Positions 11,832-22,876 of a stretch of DNA of 64,000 nucleotides are shown here, one piece after another. The translations under genes were made by a program, and so were the position numbers. The notes beneath the pieces are model-generated. The model did no database searches, was not told the DNA's origin, and worked only from the letters and a program-made list of their open reading frames with translations. Each line of letters begins with the position of its first letter. Within the stretch, counting starts at the first letter, position 1. The stretch lies in assembly GCA_977862235.1 (NCBI GenBank), contig OZ374565.1, positions 1,550,001 to 1,614,000 on the forward strand, given 5' to 3'. This DNA is from Dudresnaya verticillata (Eukaryota).

Positions 11832-14800
11832 CTACGACTCGGGTTGGAAAGGTTCCATCTCATTCAGATCCCACTTAAAGAATGCACTTAAATCCCTGAG
11901 CAGGGCCGGTTTTTCCTCCGGGCCCTTGAAGGTGTATTTGTATGGCTTATCAGCAAACATCTCGAACACATCGAATGAGAACACCGCTACGAGATGTTTC
12001 CCAGGTTCGCTAAACTGCTGGAAATAATGAGCATGTATGGTATCCTTAACCCCAGTGCCGTTTTCAGTCCGCTGAATTGACGCCTCCCTAACTCTCTGCT
12101 GTCCGTATTTGAGCCAAACTCTGTCGCCCCCTTTCAGTATGGCCTCACTACACTTGACAGAAGAGTCCTGAGACAAGAATTTGTCTTTCGCTGCTGCTGC
12201 GTTTTGCACGACACATGCAGTACTGCAACCGTGTTTGCCATCCTTCCCCACTTCTGTGACATCCTCAGTGTGCGATGGTACTCCGCACTCAGCTGGCTGC
12301 GCCTTCTTCTGTTTTTCCTGCGTCTCGGAAAGATCAGTTGGACGCTTATGTCGAAGTAAAACCCTAGATTTGCAACTCCGTTTCTCGTTAGCGAGGCGTT
12401 GTAGTCTCTCCCTGCCCAGTCTGAACGTCCCAGCTTTGCTTTCAACAAGAGTGCACTTCCTATGCATCCTGAGACACGCAGTTCCTGTAGTCATCGTTTC
12501 GGCGTGTGTGTCCAGAACAGACCCCCCATCAGGGCAAAACGTGGTAAGGACCTCTGTGAGCATGTCCGGGTTCTTTTCCTCTGTAAGAAGCGGGGCTCTA
12601 GTCGTTCCAGGCTTAAAAAGTTTATCCCTCGCGGCGGGAACAGACGTCATCACAGCGAGTTTCCTTCTCTCGCGACATGGAACGTAGTGGTACGGACTTG
12701 ACAAGTCGGGGGAGAATGATCCCTTCGATAATCTTTTTCGCCTGCCAAATACTGCAATCTCAGCACCATTTTGCAGCCCCCTCCTGCGACTGATCTGAAT
12801 AGTAGCGGTGTCCTTGCATATCACGAACGGGTACTGTGGGCAATCGAAGCTCTTATCCGTAAGAGCTCTTCTAAATGTGGGGAAGTTCATAAAACTGCAA
12901 TAGATGAAGACCAACCCACCCTCCTTCACTACTCGTCCGCAGAACTCACACAAACGTTTGATGTCCTCTTCAGTAAAGCTGTTATCGTATTCAGTACCAA
13001 CGTCTGACATACCCTTGGGTGTCCCGTACGGTGGGTCTGCAAGGACAAGGTCAAATAAAGGACTGCACTCGTTTCGGATTGACTGGTCGTACTCCCGCCA
13101 CCGCATCTGATGGGTGGTTATTCCGCACTTGGAGATACCGTCACGGTCTCCCTCAAGAGACGATGTGTTCAATCTCTCCGATTGTCGAGTAGATGCCGCT
13201 GAGCGAATAGAGAGCCTGGAAACATTCTCTCCTCGCTGATCAACCTGTTCTGCTGTACCGGTCTCACCATTCTGGCTATCTTCATTGCCATGCACCTTGA
13301 CCGGCGTGGTCATATCCAGTATCTGATTCACGACGCCGGTAGTTATTTCAAGACTTTCCTGCTCTTCTTCAGGTGCCATCCCGTCCATTCCATCCTTTTC
13401 CTCGGCAATGCCGCGATCAACCACGCTATCGGGGCCAATATTAGAAATTGAAACCGGATGTTTATCCTTCTGGCCAGTTCCGGGTGTGGATTCCCCCTGG
13501 GACTCGACCTCTGTGCGGAACTGGTATCTATAGTTCTTTTCTTTCCGTGGAGCTTCCTGAGGGCATTCTCTTCGATATGCATCCAGCAAAGGGTTTAAAA
13601 GATCCTGATCGTTGCTGAAGTTCGCGCGTACCTCATGGTCCAACTTCGTGGAGTTTAAAATGTTTTGCCTAATGACTTGCATTCCTTCCGGCCAAGTTTG
13701 AGTCTCCAACAATCGTTCGAATTTGCGCGCTTCCTTCATTGCTTCCTTCGCTTTCTGAAACTGCTCCAGGGTCTGATAGCTTGTCACAGACCGGAAGTTC
13801 TAAAGTCGGTGCACTTCACGAAATCTGTCCAATGTAGCTATCTGTACTTCCACCCCGTCCGCCATCTTGCTCGCATTCATGAAAGCGGCTGCAGACTTGA
13901 GCGATGTAATATGGATGAATTTACGGTACACTCGGCAGTCGACGCTTCGCATTGCCCCATCTTTGTCCATCGACGTGCCTTCTCTGTCGCAGTTTATCTT
14001 GGCAGCCAGGTCCGGCCTTTCCTCATTCGTATTAATTCCAATTGCCTCAATATCCTTCTGATCCAGACGCAAGACAGTCTGAGCAGTCTGTTTAATGGTG
14101 TTATTGCGTTACAGCTTCGAGCCATCATATGCCTCGGCAATTTTGGGAGCACTGGGTTGCTCCCTGTCTTGGATTGCAACCTGTCAGCCTCCTGTCGCAA
14201 GCCATGGATTAGATAGTAAAAGGTAGTTTCGATGAAATAACCGTGTGCATGTTTCTCATTCTGATGACGGGCAAGCTGCCGTAGTTCACAGATGCTGTGA
14301 CCGTCCTTCAGTAAGGTGACAGGTCAAGCAAACGATTGCCACACTGTGGGAAATTCCACCATTAATTCCGATATGACACAATGTTGATGTACTCCATCGA
14401 CAATTCCGAACCACTTGGCACGAGTATTTGCCTCTACCAACGCATCCTCGTCAGAACACAACTTTCCTCCTTCTGTTCTGGACCTTTTGAAATATGCTAC
14501 AACCAAACCCCTCAGTGTTCCGTTTAATTCGACAACGATTGGGGAGTCGGGCCCAGCGACGTAGCCAACAACTCCCTCCTTGACGTGAGAAGAATGTAGG
14601 TGAAAACGAGCTTTGAGTCGCTCCACACCGGATCGCACCACAGGCCTTATCTGTGTCAATGGAATGCAAGCTCTATGATCGATTGTAATGTTGACGGAGC
14701 CATCCATGACATCAGGGAACAAAGCCTTCCCGCTACTAATGGAGAAGGCTATTTCTGCTTCTGCAGCGGAGCTGTCAGCCCCTTTTCCTGTTCTCTTTCT

Positions 14801-14857
14801 CGACATCTCGGACAATCTCCCCATCGAACGCGGCGTTGACTTTCGAAGGTATTTCAC
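11832..14857 (-). pseudogene. ParB/Srx-like domain + beta-class N6-adenine/N4-cytosine DNA methyltransferase + C-terminal transposase-shared domain
   Basis: ORF 11832..13787 has catalytic motif IV 'FDLVLADPPYG' preceding 'EKNPDML..VL..FCPDGGSVLDTHAETMTTGTAC' (motifs X/I), i.e. beta order. ORF 14324..14857 has 'IRPVVRSGVERLKARF...FGIVDGVHQ' (ParB-like). The pieces join across three stops and one frameshift (~14150). Confidence 0.8.
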
Positions 14858-15450
14858 AGTTATGTTGTGTGTGTTTCCGAATTTTGGCAGACCTTATCGC
14901 GGAATGCTGACAGTCTTGATAACCACTAGCGAGTCACGAGCATATGCTCGTACATGCGGAGAACCTTCTGTTCACTTCGTTACCGTCGAGGCTCAGATGG
15001 CATTCATTTCGGACAGTGGATGGCGTATTGGTACCGCACTGTACATGCCTATTCATTTCTTGCGGTTCCAGTATCAAAATGGTTTGACCGCCTCGTGCAC
15101 CTTGCACTTTTCAACCCGGGAATACCACAGATCAGTGCGTAAAGTGCTGAGTTCAGAATGGGGCGACTATCCGAAAGGGCAGACCTCCCATGCAGACATT
15201 CTGATTTTACCTCCCTTCCTAATGACGGTCCGCCTGAATTCGTAGGTGCAGAAAAACAATCATGCCGCTTTTGCCTCCACGTAACAACTTAACATTCTGC
15301 TTCCTCAGAAACAACTGGATGACATTTCTATCTGTCGAACAGTCCATTGATTCTGATTCACGTTTGCCCTAGAAGCTCAGGGCGGAGAAAAATTGGGGAT
15401 GCCTATACGGCATGCATCTACCACGTGGAGCCGGCATTGGAAGTCTAAAC

Positions 15451-15865
15451 TGTTGTGAAACATAGGGGGGAGAAGCGTTTCTTCTCCTGTAGATGTAACT
15501 GGTTAGGGCAGAATCCTGCCAGAGACGAACGTGCGCACAAGCGCGTGTGGAGTCCCACGGTTGACTGTTTACTGAGTAGTTATTGAGTGTGTGTGTGTGT
15601 TCGAGTATGTGAACACTGCATCACGCTAGCCCTTAAATACTACGGAGAACTAAAGGGATAGAACTACGAACAGTATGTGGTGTAAGTTGCGGGATAATTG
15701 CAACTAACACTCTCAGCTAGAGAACGACACGCCCGCTTTGTTCCACGAACAATTGCCACGCCCTAGTCATCTATTGCGGACGTGGACAAACTAATTCGTA
15801 CGGGTTGACGAATGACATCGAAATGCTATAAGGGTGGCTTAAGCACAAGCACAGTTCCGTTAACA
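15451..15865 (-). repeat. 3' LTR of copia element E (415 bp)
   Basis: TGTT...AACA termini; short purine tract GGGGTA just upstream on the minus strand; follows the RNase H stop codon. No partner LTR in the window. Confidence 0.7.
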
Positions 15866-15905
15866 TACCCCATTGCTTGATGTCTGAGGATAACCAAAGG
15901 AACTA

Positions 15906-17045
15906 CTACTCTTTTGGGTGAATGACCCACTGCTCCAGTTGAGTAGTAATCTGATATGTCTGAAGAAGATCTTTGAGGGATGTCTTATTGCCCTTGACCT
16001 TTGTTAAGGAGTCTGCAATGTTGTCCTTGGATTCAATAAGTGCAACATTGGATATTGTCCCTTCCTTATATGCCTCTCGGGCTGCCGATATATCTACCAT
16101 TAATCGTTTTTCGGTGGTATATCTTGACTTTGTAATCACATTGAAAAGCTGTTCACTATCCGTGAACATGAAAATGGGTATATTGCGATTAAGAATCCTC
16201 ATAAGATCATGCCGAATTAGAAAACTGCAGTCAAAACCATCTGTAAAAGCCAATGTTTCTCCTGCCATACTAGAGCGTGTTACTCTGCGACATTTGTAAG
16301 AGGAAAAATGAAGTACGGAGCACATATCGGACTTGTCGGGCAATAAAATGATGAAACCAAGCTGTGAGTAATCATCCTCTGTATTGCGATGTGATGCATC
16401 TGTGAAAACCAGCATCCTGAGGCCGTCTTGATCGAGCTTCTGGAAATGTAGTTGCAGGTTTTCAGTTGACCGGAGATGCTTAATAACGGCATTGAGGTCA
16501 TTCACTTCGCTTTGAGAGAAATTATTCTCTGTAACACGTGCAAGAAATGATACTGCACATGCTATGTCAGGGCGTGTTTGTACAATCCACGCTACTTTTG
16601 CCCTTGTTGACCGAAACTGAGGAAATGATGCATCCCTTTTGAGAAATCGTAATCTCTTGAAGTACTGTGTTTGGGAAATTCTTCTCTCATTCTGATCGCT
16701 TACGTCACAATTCATTCCAATGTATGTGAACTTTTCTGTATCGGAAAGTTTGATATCAAACTCGGATGAGAAGATACTTTTCAGTAATCGCTTCTGCTCT
16801 TTCGTGCCTGCCTGCAATAATTCATCTACGTAAGATCATGAAAGTGCAAGTAACCTTCTCCCTATCCTTTTAAAGAATAATGTGAAGTCACCTGTTGCCT
16901 GTTACATGCGACGTTTGTCGGTATGGAAACTAGAATTTGTTTCGCACCAATAATCGCCACTTTCAGTTAGTCCATATAGAGGCATGATGACTTGAAGTAG
17001 CTCATCTTTGTTCAGTTCTATACATTCCGGATTGGTGAATATCTT
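15906..17045 (-). mobile_element. pol: Ty1/copia element E remnant: RT C-terminal half + RNase H
   Basis: 'PLYGLTESGDYW', 'TRPDIACAV', 'FTDASH...SQLG', 'FTDSEQL', 'NIADSLTK'. Confidence 0.92.
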
Positions 17046-17341
17046 CCACTCCGATGAGACTGGTTCAATTACCTTAGCGGAAAGCATGCGATCGATCTCT
17101 GTCTTCTCGAGATCTCGCTGCTTATGTCCGGCACGGTATGGGGCTTGATATACTGGCTTCGCTCCGGGAGTTAACTCGATGCGGTGCTTGGCAGCTGTAA
17201 TGTTGCCAAGATCGCCACTCCACATCGACTTATATTCCTCGAGTAGGGTTAAAATCCGTTTACGGAGCGATGCTTCTTCTGTGCCGATCTGGACTTGATC
17301 CTTCCAGTCGGTAGTATTTGTATTTTCCGTTACGGGTTTGC

Positions 17342-18253
17342 TTATTTCCTTGTCGTGAGGGGAGATGCTGCTGGCCTTTTCGGAGGTAGGGTTAGAATTA
17401 AATGATTGAATAATTCCTCCCCCTCCTTAAATGGAGGTATACCGTCAACGGTAAAAGTAGCAGAAGGGGCAGCAGTAGCGAGGCCCACGACAGTAGATTT
17501 GGGCAACCGTACTGGCTTATTAGAAACATTAGAGACCCAGATCCGAAACGGTATGTTAGGTACAACATCCATAATACCATTAGCCATTAACGTGAGGTGT
17601 TTAAAAGCCGGCTTAGGATGATTTTGTAGAAAGCATAACCCACCCGTGGGGGTATTAACCGTTACGGTGGTTTGAGTCATAGGGGGAATAAGGGTAGATT
17701 TTGCTAAACGAATTTTCTGAGAAACCGTAGCGGTAGAAAGAGGTGAGGGCTATAGGGTGGCAGTGGTTCCCGTCTTCGGAATTTTGGCTTGACCAACAAG
17801 GGATACCGGTGGGTAATGATGAAAAACAACTTTCCGTAACGGCGGGAGGATGGCCTTCACGTAGCGGTCGATGAAGGTAGTTCCCAAAATACAGGGAGCC
17901 GCCAAGTTCGCGACCACTAGAAAATGAACGCGAGCACGGAGCTCTCCGATACGGACGAAAAGTTGGATCTGACCAAGAGGGCGTACAGCGCGATTAGACG
18001 CATCCCATAATGGAGGACTGGCTGCTGGGCGTATGAGTGGGAGCCATTGGCGCGGAAGGCGCCTGGCACTAATGAGATTGGGCCCAGCGCCAGAGTCCAA
18101 GACGGAGATTAAAGGAAGCATCACGCTATCTGTCCGTCCCACGGTAATTTGCATCTTGTAATTTTGATATTGCATAAAGCAGATAGTATCATTGGTCTGA
18201 TAAGCCAATGGGAGTTCCGTAACGGTATCTCGCCGACCCCCTGGCGGGTCCAC
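17342..18253 (-). pseudogene. pol: Aspartic protease + linker of A1, one internal stop (17750)
   Basis: 'VLDSGAGPNLI', 'ILGTTF'; continuous in copy A2. Confidence 0.9.
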
Positions 18254-18297
18254 ACTCGCGAGAGGTGGAACGCCGTGAGGCGGGGATGGCGGCGCCC

Positions 18298-20778
18298 TTA
18301 CGCAGCCCCCCTTGAGTTTTCCGAATTCAAGGTTGCACCAGTCGGATCCGCCTCCAGGGGCTCGCGCAATTCTGCGAGTTCCACTCCGTCATGGTCCTCC
18401 ACCGATAGTATCGGGGCATTCCGTTGCGGAGGGGGCGTATGCGGTCTGCCCCGATTCCCTTGCGGATTCGAACCGGTTCCTACTACGAACCTGCGACCTA
18501 CAGGGTAGTGCTTCTGGAAGTTGCGCTCGCGCTCTTCCATAAGCCTAACCCGATCGGAGTCATGTATCCATGGGCAAACAACGTGCTCTGGAGAAAGGCG
18601 GATGCAACAGTTACCACTTCCATAAAGGCGTCGGACCCGAGGATCCGACTCATCCCGTAGCGGAGGTGCTGGTTGCTGCCGTCCTCGCCCATCGTGGGCA
18701 TTATTTCCGAAATGGTGACTCGGCTGCTGTTGGGGGCCAGGAGCCGGGCGAGATCCACCATAGGGGGGACCTTGCGCGCGTGGCATCCTGGGCGGAGTAG
18801 GGTGGCCGTTTTGAGGGGGCGAGGAGTACGAGGTAGAAAAGGTAACCCCCGTGCTCGTACCCGTAGCGGCACCGTGGCCTCCCTCGACGGCTAGCACTTG
18901 ATTATCCGTAGCGCAAAGATTCCCTTGCGACTCATAGTGTACATCCGATACGGAATCCAGCAACAACACCTTAGACGGGCGCGCTTTAGTGCGCCCATCA
19001 AAGACGTGAGCCGGAACGGTTTGGCGTCGAGCTGCCCGATGGGACTGACCCAGGCCAGTCGCATAGCGAGTGATGGCCTGGTAATCCGACTGGGAATGCG
19101 TCGCTAGATAATTTCTCATCTGTTGACAAGTACCCGGTAGGAGTCCTTCAACGAACAGTGACTTCAATGCCCGATCGGAAAATACTGTACCGCAACGGAG
19201 AGCCTTGGCCCAAAGCTGGTTCGAGAACTGCTCTTCCGTCATGGCGGATGTTTGCCTGAAGTTGCTGACATCCGTATAGGCTTCAGCAATCACTTCCTCC
19301 GTAGCGTAGGTTCTCAATAAAAAGTTCACCACCTCGGAATATGAGCGGAGCATCTCGGACTGCTCCACGTCAACCGCCATGGTACCTCCAGCAAGCCTAG
19401 CCTGTAGAAGGGCTTCGGCCTGTCCTTTAAGGAAAAACTGGAAGCACCAGACGGCAACCCCTTCGGCGATGCCGTTGATGTTACAACCGTCACGGAACTT
19501 AGCGAGAAATCCCAAGACGGTAATAGGGTCCGTCCCATCGAATGTATGGGACGACATCTGGACGTCGAGTTTCTTCCGTATACGGCTCATGTTCTGTGAG
19601 AACTTAGAGCCGTAGGTTTTACTCCTCTTATCCAATCGGTAGGTGCGGTAATCCAGCGCCTTGACAAACTTGTCATGTAGCGGCCGGATTACCTTAACCT
19701 TTCCGGATTTGGCACCGTGTTTTCTGGCGCGGTGCCTATTCTCTCTATCCGTTACGGAAGAACTCTCTGATTCTGAATCCGTAGAGGTAGATGAGTCATG
19801 CCTTTTTTCGCGTTTCCGCGATCTTCGGTTTCTCCTCTTGCGGCGGCGGTGTTGGCTATCCTCTGAGCTGCTCTCATTGGATTCCATACCGGATTGGTGG
19901 CGTCGTCGCTGGGTGTGGTCGCCCATGTGCGACCGACGGGGAGGGTCAGAGCGGGAGTGTCGGGCATCTCGTTTATGCCGACCTCGACTGGCCCTCCGAC
20001 TCGGATGGGGTGAGCTGGACGCATCGCTGAGATGGTCGCTGCCTCCACCTGATCGAACCGGAACGGTATAGCGCTCCTGCTGATAGCGCCCTGACGTAGG
20101 CACATCTACGTGTCCAGGAGAATACCGTAACGGTGGCGGAGTGTGTGTTGGTCCCGTAGGGGCTTGTTGATGTTGAGAATCCGTTACGGGAGCCGGTGGC
20201 AGTGGCCCAGAGGGTACTGTGCCCGGCGGCAATCCCATAACGGGGGGTTGTTGCGGCTGCTGCGTTCTTCCCTCGACCGGGAAGTCATTCCGTAACGGTG
20301 GTTGCTCAGTAAAAGCTTCCGTAGCGGGAGGCCTTGCCATGCCGGGAACAATCTGGCTCTCGAGTTCGGCGGCCACCTTTTCCTGTAGGATCAAAGCTTG
20401 CACTATCCGAGGAAGGAGCTGCTCCAGGTAGGAATTAACCAAAGACGGAACAGTTTCCGAGAGGGATATCTCCACCTCTTTTACCATTCCAGGTTGTACT
20501 TCCAATCGGAGATGCTCTAACACCCGAGGAAGGACCTCCGACAGAACCCAGTGGACCCGATGGGATTCCGGCTTGGGTTGCGGAGCTGCCTTCTTCGAGG
20601 CGTCTGATCCGACACGGGAACGGGGAGCTTTACCAGCAGCACCCTTTAGGATGTCTTCTGGGTTCTCCACTCCGGGACGGATTTCACCTCCGTCACTGCG
20701 CAGACTGCGCGCAGCGGGGGTAGTGTCACCCGCTTTAGGTTCCGTAACGGGAGGGTCTGCGTGTTCTTCGTTCTGCAT
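18298..20778 (-). CDS. gag: Gag of gypsy A1 (826 aa, uninterrupted)
   Basis: Capsid-like 'FDGTDPITVLGFLAKF...FRQTSAMTEEQF...FVEGL'; degenerate zinc knuckle. Confidence 0.85.
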   Translation of the reverse strand: MQNEEHADPPVTEPKAGDTTPAARSLRSDGGEIRPGVENPEDILKGAAGKAPRSRVGSDASKKAAPQPKPESHRVHWVLSEVLPRVLEHLRLEVQPGMVKEVEISLSETVPSLVNSYLEQLLPRIVQALILQEKVAAELESQIVPGMARPPATEAFTEQPPLRNDFPVEGRTQQPQQPPVMGLPPGTVPSGPLPPAPVTDSQHQQAPTGPTHTPPPLRYSPGHVDVPTSGRYQQERYTVPVRSGGGSDHLSDASSSPHPSRRASRGRHKRDARHSRSDPPRRSHMGDHTQRRRHQSGMESNESSSEDSQHRRRKRRNRRSRKREKRHDSSTSTDSESESSSVTDRENRHRARKHGAKSGKVKVIRPLHDKFVKALDYRTYRLDKRSKTYGSKFSQNMSRIRKKLDVQMSSHTFDGTDPITVLGFLAKFRDGCNINGIAEGVAVWCFQFFLKGQAEALLQARLAGGTMAVDVEQSEMLRSYSEVVNFLLRTYATEEVIAEAYTDVSNFRQTSAMTEEQFSNQLWAKALRCGTVFSDRALKSLFVEGLLPGTCQQMRNYLATHSQSDYQAITRYATGLGQSHRAARRQTVPAHVFDGRTKARPSKVLLLDSVSDVHYESQGNLCATDNQVLAVEGGHGAATGTSTGVTFSTSYSSPPQNGHPTPPRMPRAQGPPYGGSRPAPGPQQQPSHHFGNNAHDGRGRQQPAPPLRDESDPRVRRLYGSGNCCIRLSPEHVVCPWIHDSDRVRLMEERERNFQKHYPVGRRFVVGTGSNPQGNRGRPHTPPPQRNAPILSVEDHDGVELAELREPLEADPTGATLNSENSRGAA

Positions 20779-20802
20779 GATACCTTAACGGAACACAACG
20801 GT

Positions 20803-20964
20803 TGTTCTTGCTTGTCTATCCAATATTCCGTAACGGGTTGTTAGTACAGCCGAATTCCTACCGTAGCGGATTTCGACGGCTGTTCTTGCTTGTCCATCCA
20901 ATATTCCGTAACGGGTTGTCGGTACAGCCGAATTCCTAGCGTAGCGGATTTCGACGGCTGTTTC
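20803..20964. repeat. 78-bp tandem duplication in the A1 5' leader
   Basis: Units start at 20803 and 20881; single copy in A2. Confidence 0.9.
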
Positions 20965-21004
20965 TTCCAACCGTGACGGTGTTCTAGGTCGGGAGACCAA
21001 AAGA

Positions 21005-21679
21005 TGTGGTGTAGTGAAAACCCACGAACTCCGAGACGGACAGCTGGCCTGACTTTCCTTAACGGACGAGAGCAACACTACCTCCACGGGGTGGTAGAGC
21101 AGTTCGCACCGAGACGGGAGAACAGCGAGCGGCTAACCGAGATGGAAATTGGGAAGCAACAGACAAGGGGGTGGTACAAGTGCCGGGACGGACTCCGTAA
21201 AGGTGGTGGTGGTAGACCGCAACAGGCTCGGCGCGGGGAAAACCGTAAAGGATTGGGCTACTGTTGCTTACCCGTTTACCTTAGGAGCCGCTGCGGTGCC
21301 GCCCTGATATACAAGTCAGGGTGGCACCGAGAGGTCCGGTCCGTGGGGGCCAGACCCTAGTGGTCTGGTCCTTTGGTGGAATCGGCCCTACTGGTCCCAA
21401 TCTCCGACACGGACATGCGCAGCATTCTCATTGGCTGGCGCACTACTCTACATACTGTACAGATACTCACTAAAAATAAAGAATAAACACTACAAATACT
21501 CCGATATGGTTGGTGCGCTTCACTGTTGTACAGCAATGCGTACCGGCGTACAGCAATGCGTACGACATCCGACACGGTTACACGTTGCCAGATCATCAGC
21601 GTGGCGTATTGCCACATCACCCGTTACGGTTGGCTCGCCGTCGGCGTGCCGCGTGCGCGCCATGGCTCACTTCACCACA
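21005..21679 (-). repeat. 5' LTR of A1 (675 bp)
   Basis: TGTGGTG...CACCACA termini; PBS at 20982..20999. Confidence 0.93.
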
Positions 21680-21947
21680 AGTTCTTCCAACCGCGAAAAT
21701 AGAGATCGGGATGGACCTTTCGTCGAACTCACCATTGTCTACCTGTAGAGTTGCGAATTCTCATCATGTTAGGATGGCAGTTCTACAGGAAGATAGTTGT
21801 TTTAGTTGCACCAGAAGAGGTAAACAATCTGCACTGGAGGAATACGGGAGGGTACGTGAGATGGAATTGGTCTACTACATTTCTCACTGCACCCGCCGCT
21901 GCAAAAACGGGAATCTCAAGTTCCGGTAACGCAATGATGAGAGTTAC

Positions 21948-22856
21948 TGCAGTGCCAGGGGGGGTCCCCCGTTTTCGCTTTCAAGCGTTGATATGCAGCG
22001 TCTACCGACGGACGACCGCCAACGGCGCGCTCAACCCGCCCGCGGCGCAAACACGTCACCGACGCATGCCGCTGGCCACTTGGGCCAGAACGGCTCGCTG
22101 GGCGTGCAGACCGCACGCCTGAACCCGGCCACTATACGGCGCCACGCGTACGCGCATGGCGCAGTGGCGGGAATGTTCGCTGTAAGCGTGGCCCGAATCC
22201 GGATCCAATCGGGATCTCACATCGGGATCCCACATCGGGATTAAGGGGTGTAAGACACGCGCCTGTAAGCCTGGCGCATCCGCATCGCTATCCCGAATCC
22301 GGACTGGATCGGGATTGGTGCGGATCGAGATCGCTCGCGCCATGAGGCGCATGCGGCTGTAAGAAAGTAATCCACGTGTAGGTGTAAGGACTCGAGCGGG
22401 GGAGCTACGCGCGATCTATCAGGAGCGCGGCTGCATGACGGACGAATCTGTCAGACGCGCCTCGGGACAACACGTGTCCCGAGTTCCCGCGTTACGCGTA
22501 CATCCGCGTCGCTGCCGCTAGGTAATCCTGTACTTATTTGATCCGTCTCAGACGTCATAGTAAACCCCGGCAGGCCGGCCTTGGTCCAGACTTCCCCGTT
22601 CAGCACGCGCGTACCTTACCGCTGCCTACGGCTAAGCGTCTACCCCCGTGCTTCCACGTCTCTACCCGTCCTCGACGTGTTCCCTTTCTGTTTTCTTTTG
22701 TTCTTCTTTTCCGCCAAGGGCGTTTACAGTCCGCCCAAGGCGAGTCAACCGCTCTACCACCAGACACCCACGGCGAGGCCACTCATCGCCGCAGGCGTCG
22801 CTACCCACCGAGCCCCGAACTGCTCGGCGGTGTCCGTCGTCGACGTTTGCACTACA
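21948..22856 (+). repeat. 5' LTR of gypsy B (909 bp)
   Basis: TG(C/T)AGTGC...GCACTACA inverted termini, followed by the PBS at 22859. Confidence 0.85.
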
Positions 22857-22858
22857 AC

Positions 22859-22876
22859 TGGTCTCCCGACCTAGAA
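22859..22876 (+). promoter_or_regulatory. Primer binding site TGGTCTCCCGACCTAGAA (tRNA-Tyr-like)
   Basis: Lies 2 nt after the LTR; identical 18-mer at 34901 and (reverse complement) 20982. TGGTCTCCCG complements the GGGAGACCA 3' end of yeast tRNA-Tyr. Confidence 0.75.

Larger units (their letters stand above)
17046..21679 (-). mobile_element. Ty3/gypsy family A copy A1: 5' LTR, gag, protease and RT start; 3' part deleted
   Basis: Near-identical reverse complement of 34400..38770; truncated right after 'VIEPVSSEW'. Confidence 0.95.

Noticed and set aside
11832..13787. Bacterial restriction-modification system or contamination
   Set aside because: No endonuclease or operon; the gene is decayed, contiguous with LTR elements and shares a domain with a eukaryotic-type transposase
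15587..15600. (GT)n microsatellite
   Set aside because: Short and inside an LTR; ordinary
16902..17225. Genuine 107-aa gene
   Set aside because: Deletion-made fusion of two retroelement RTs that soon hits a stop
21680..21947. Spacer between the A1 and B LTRs as a copia fragment
   Set aside because: Only a weak 'DGPF' hint; cannot be assigned
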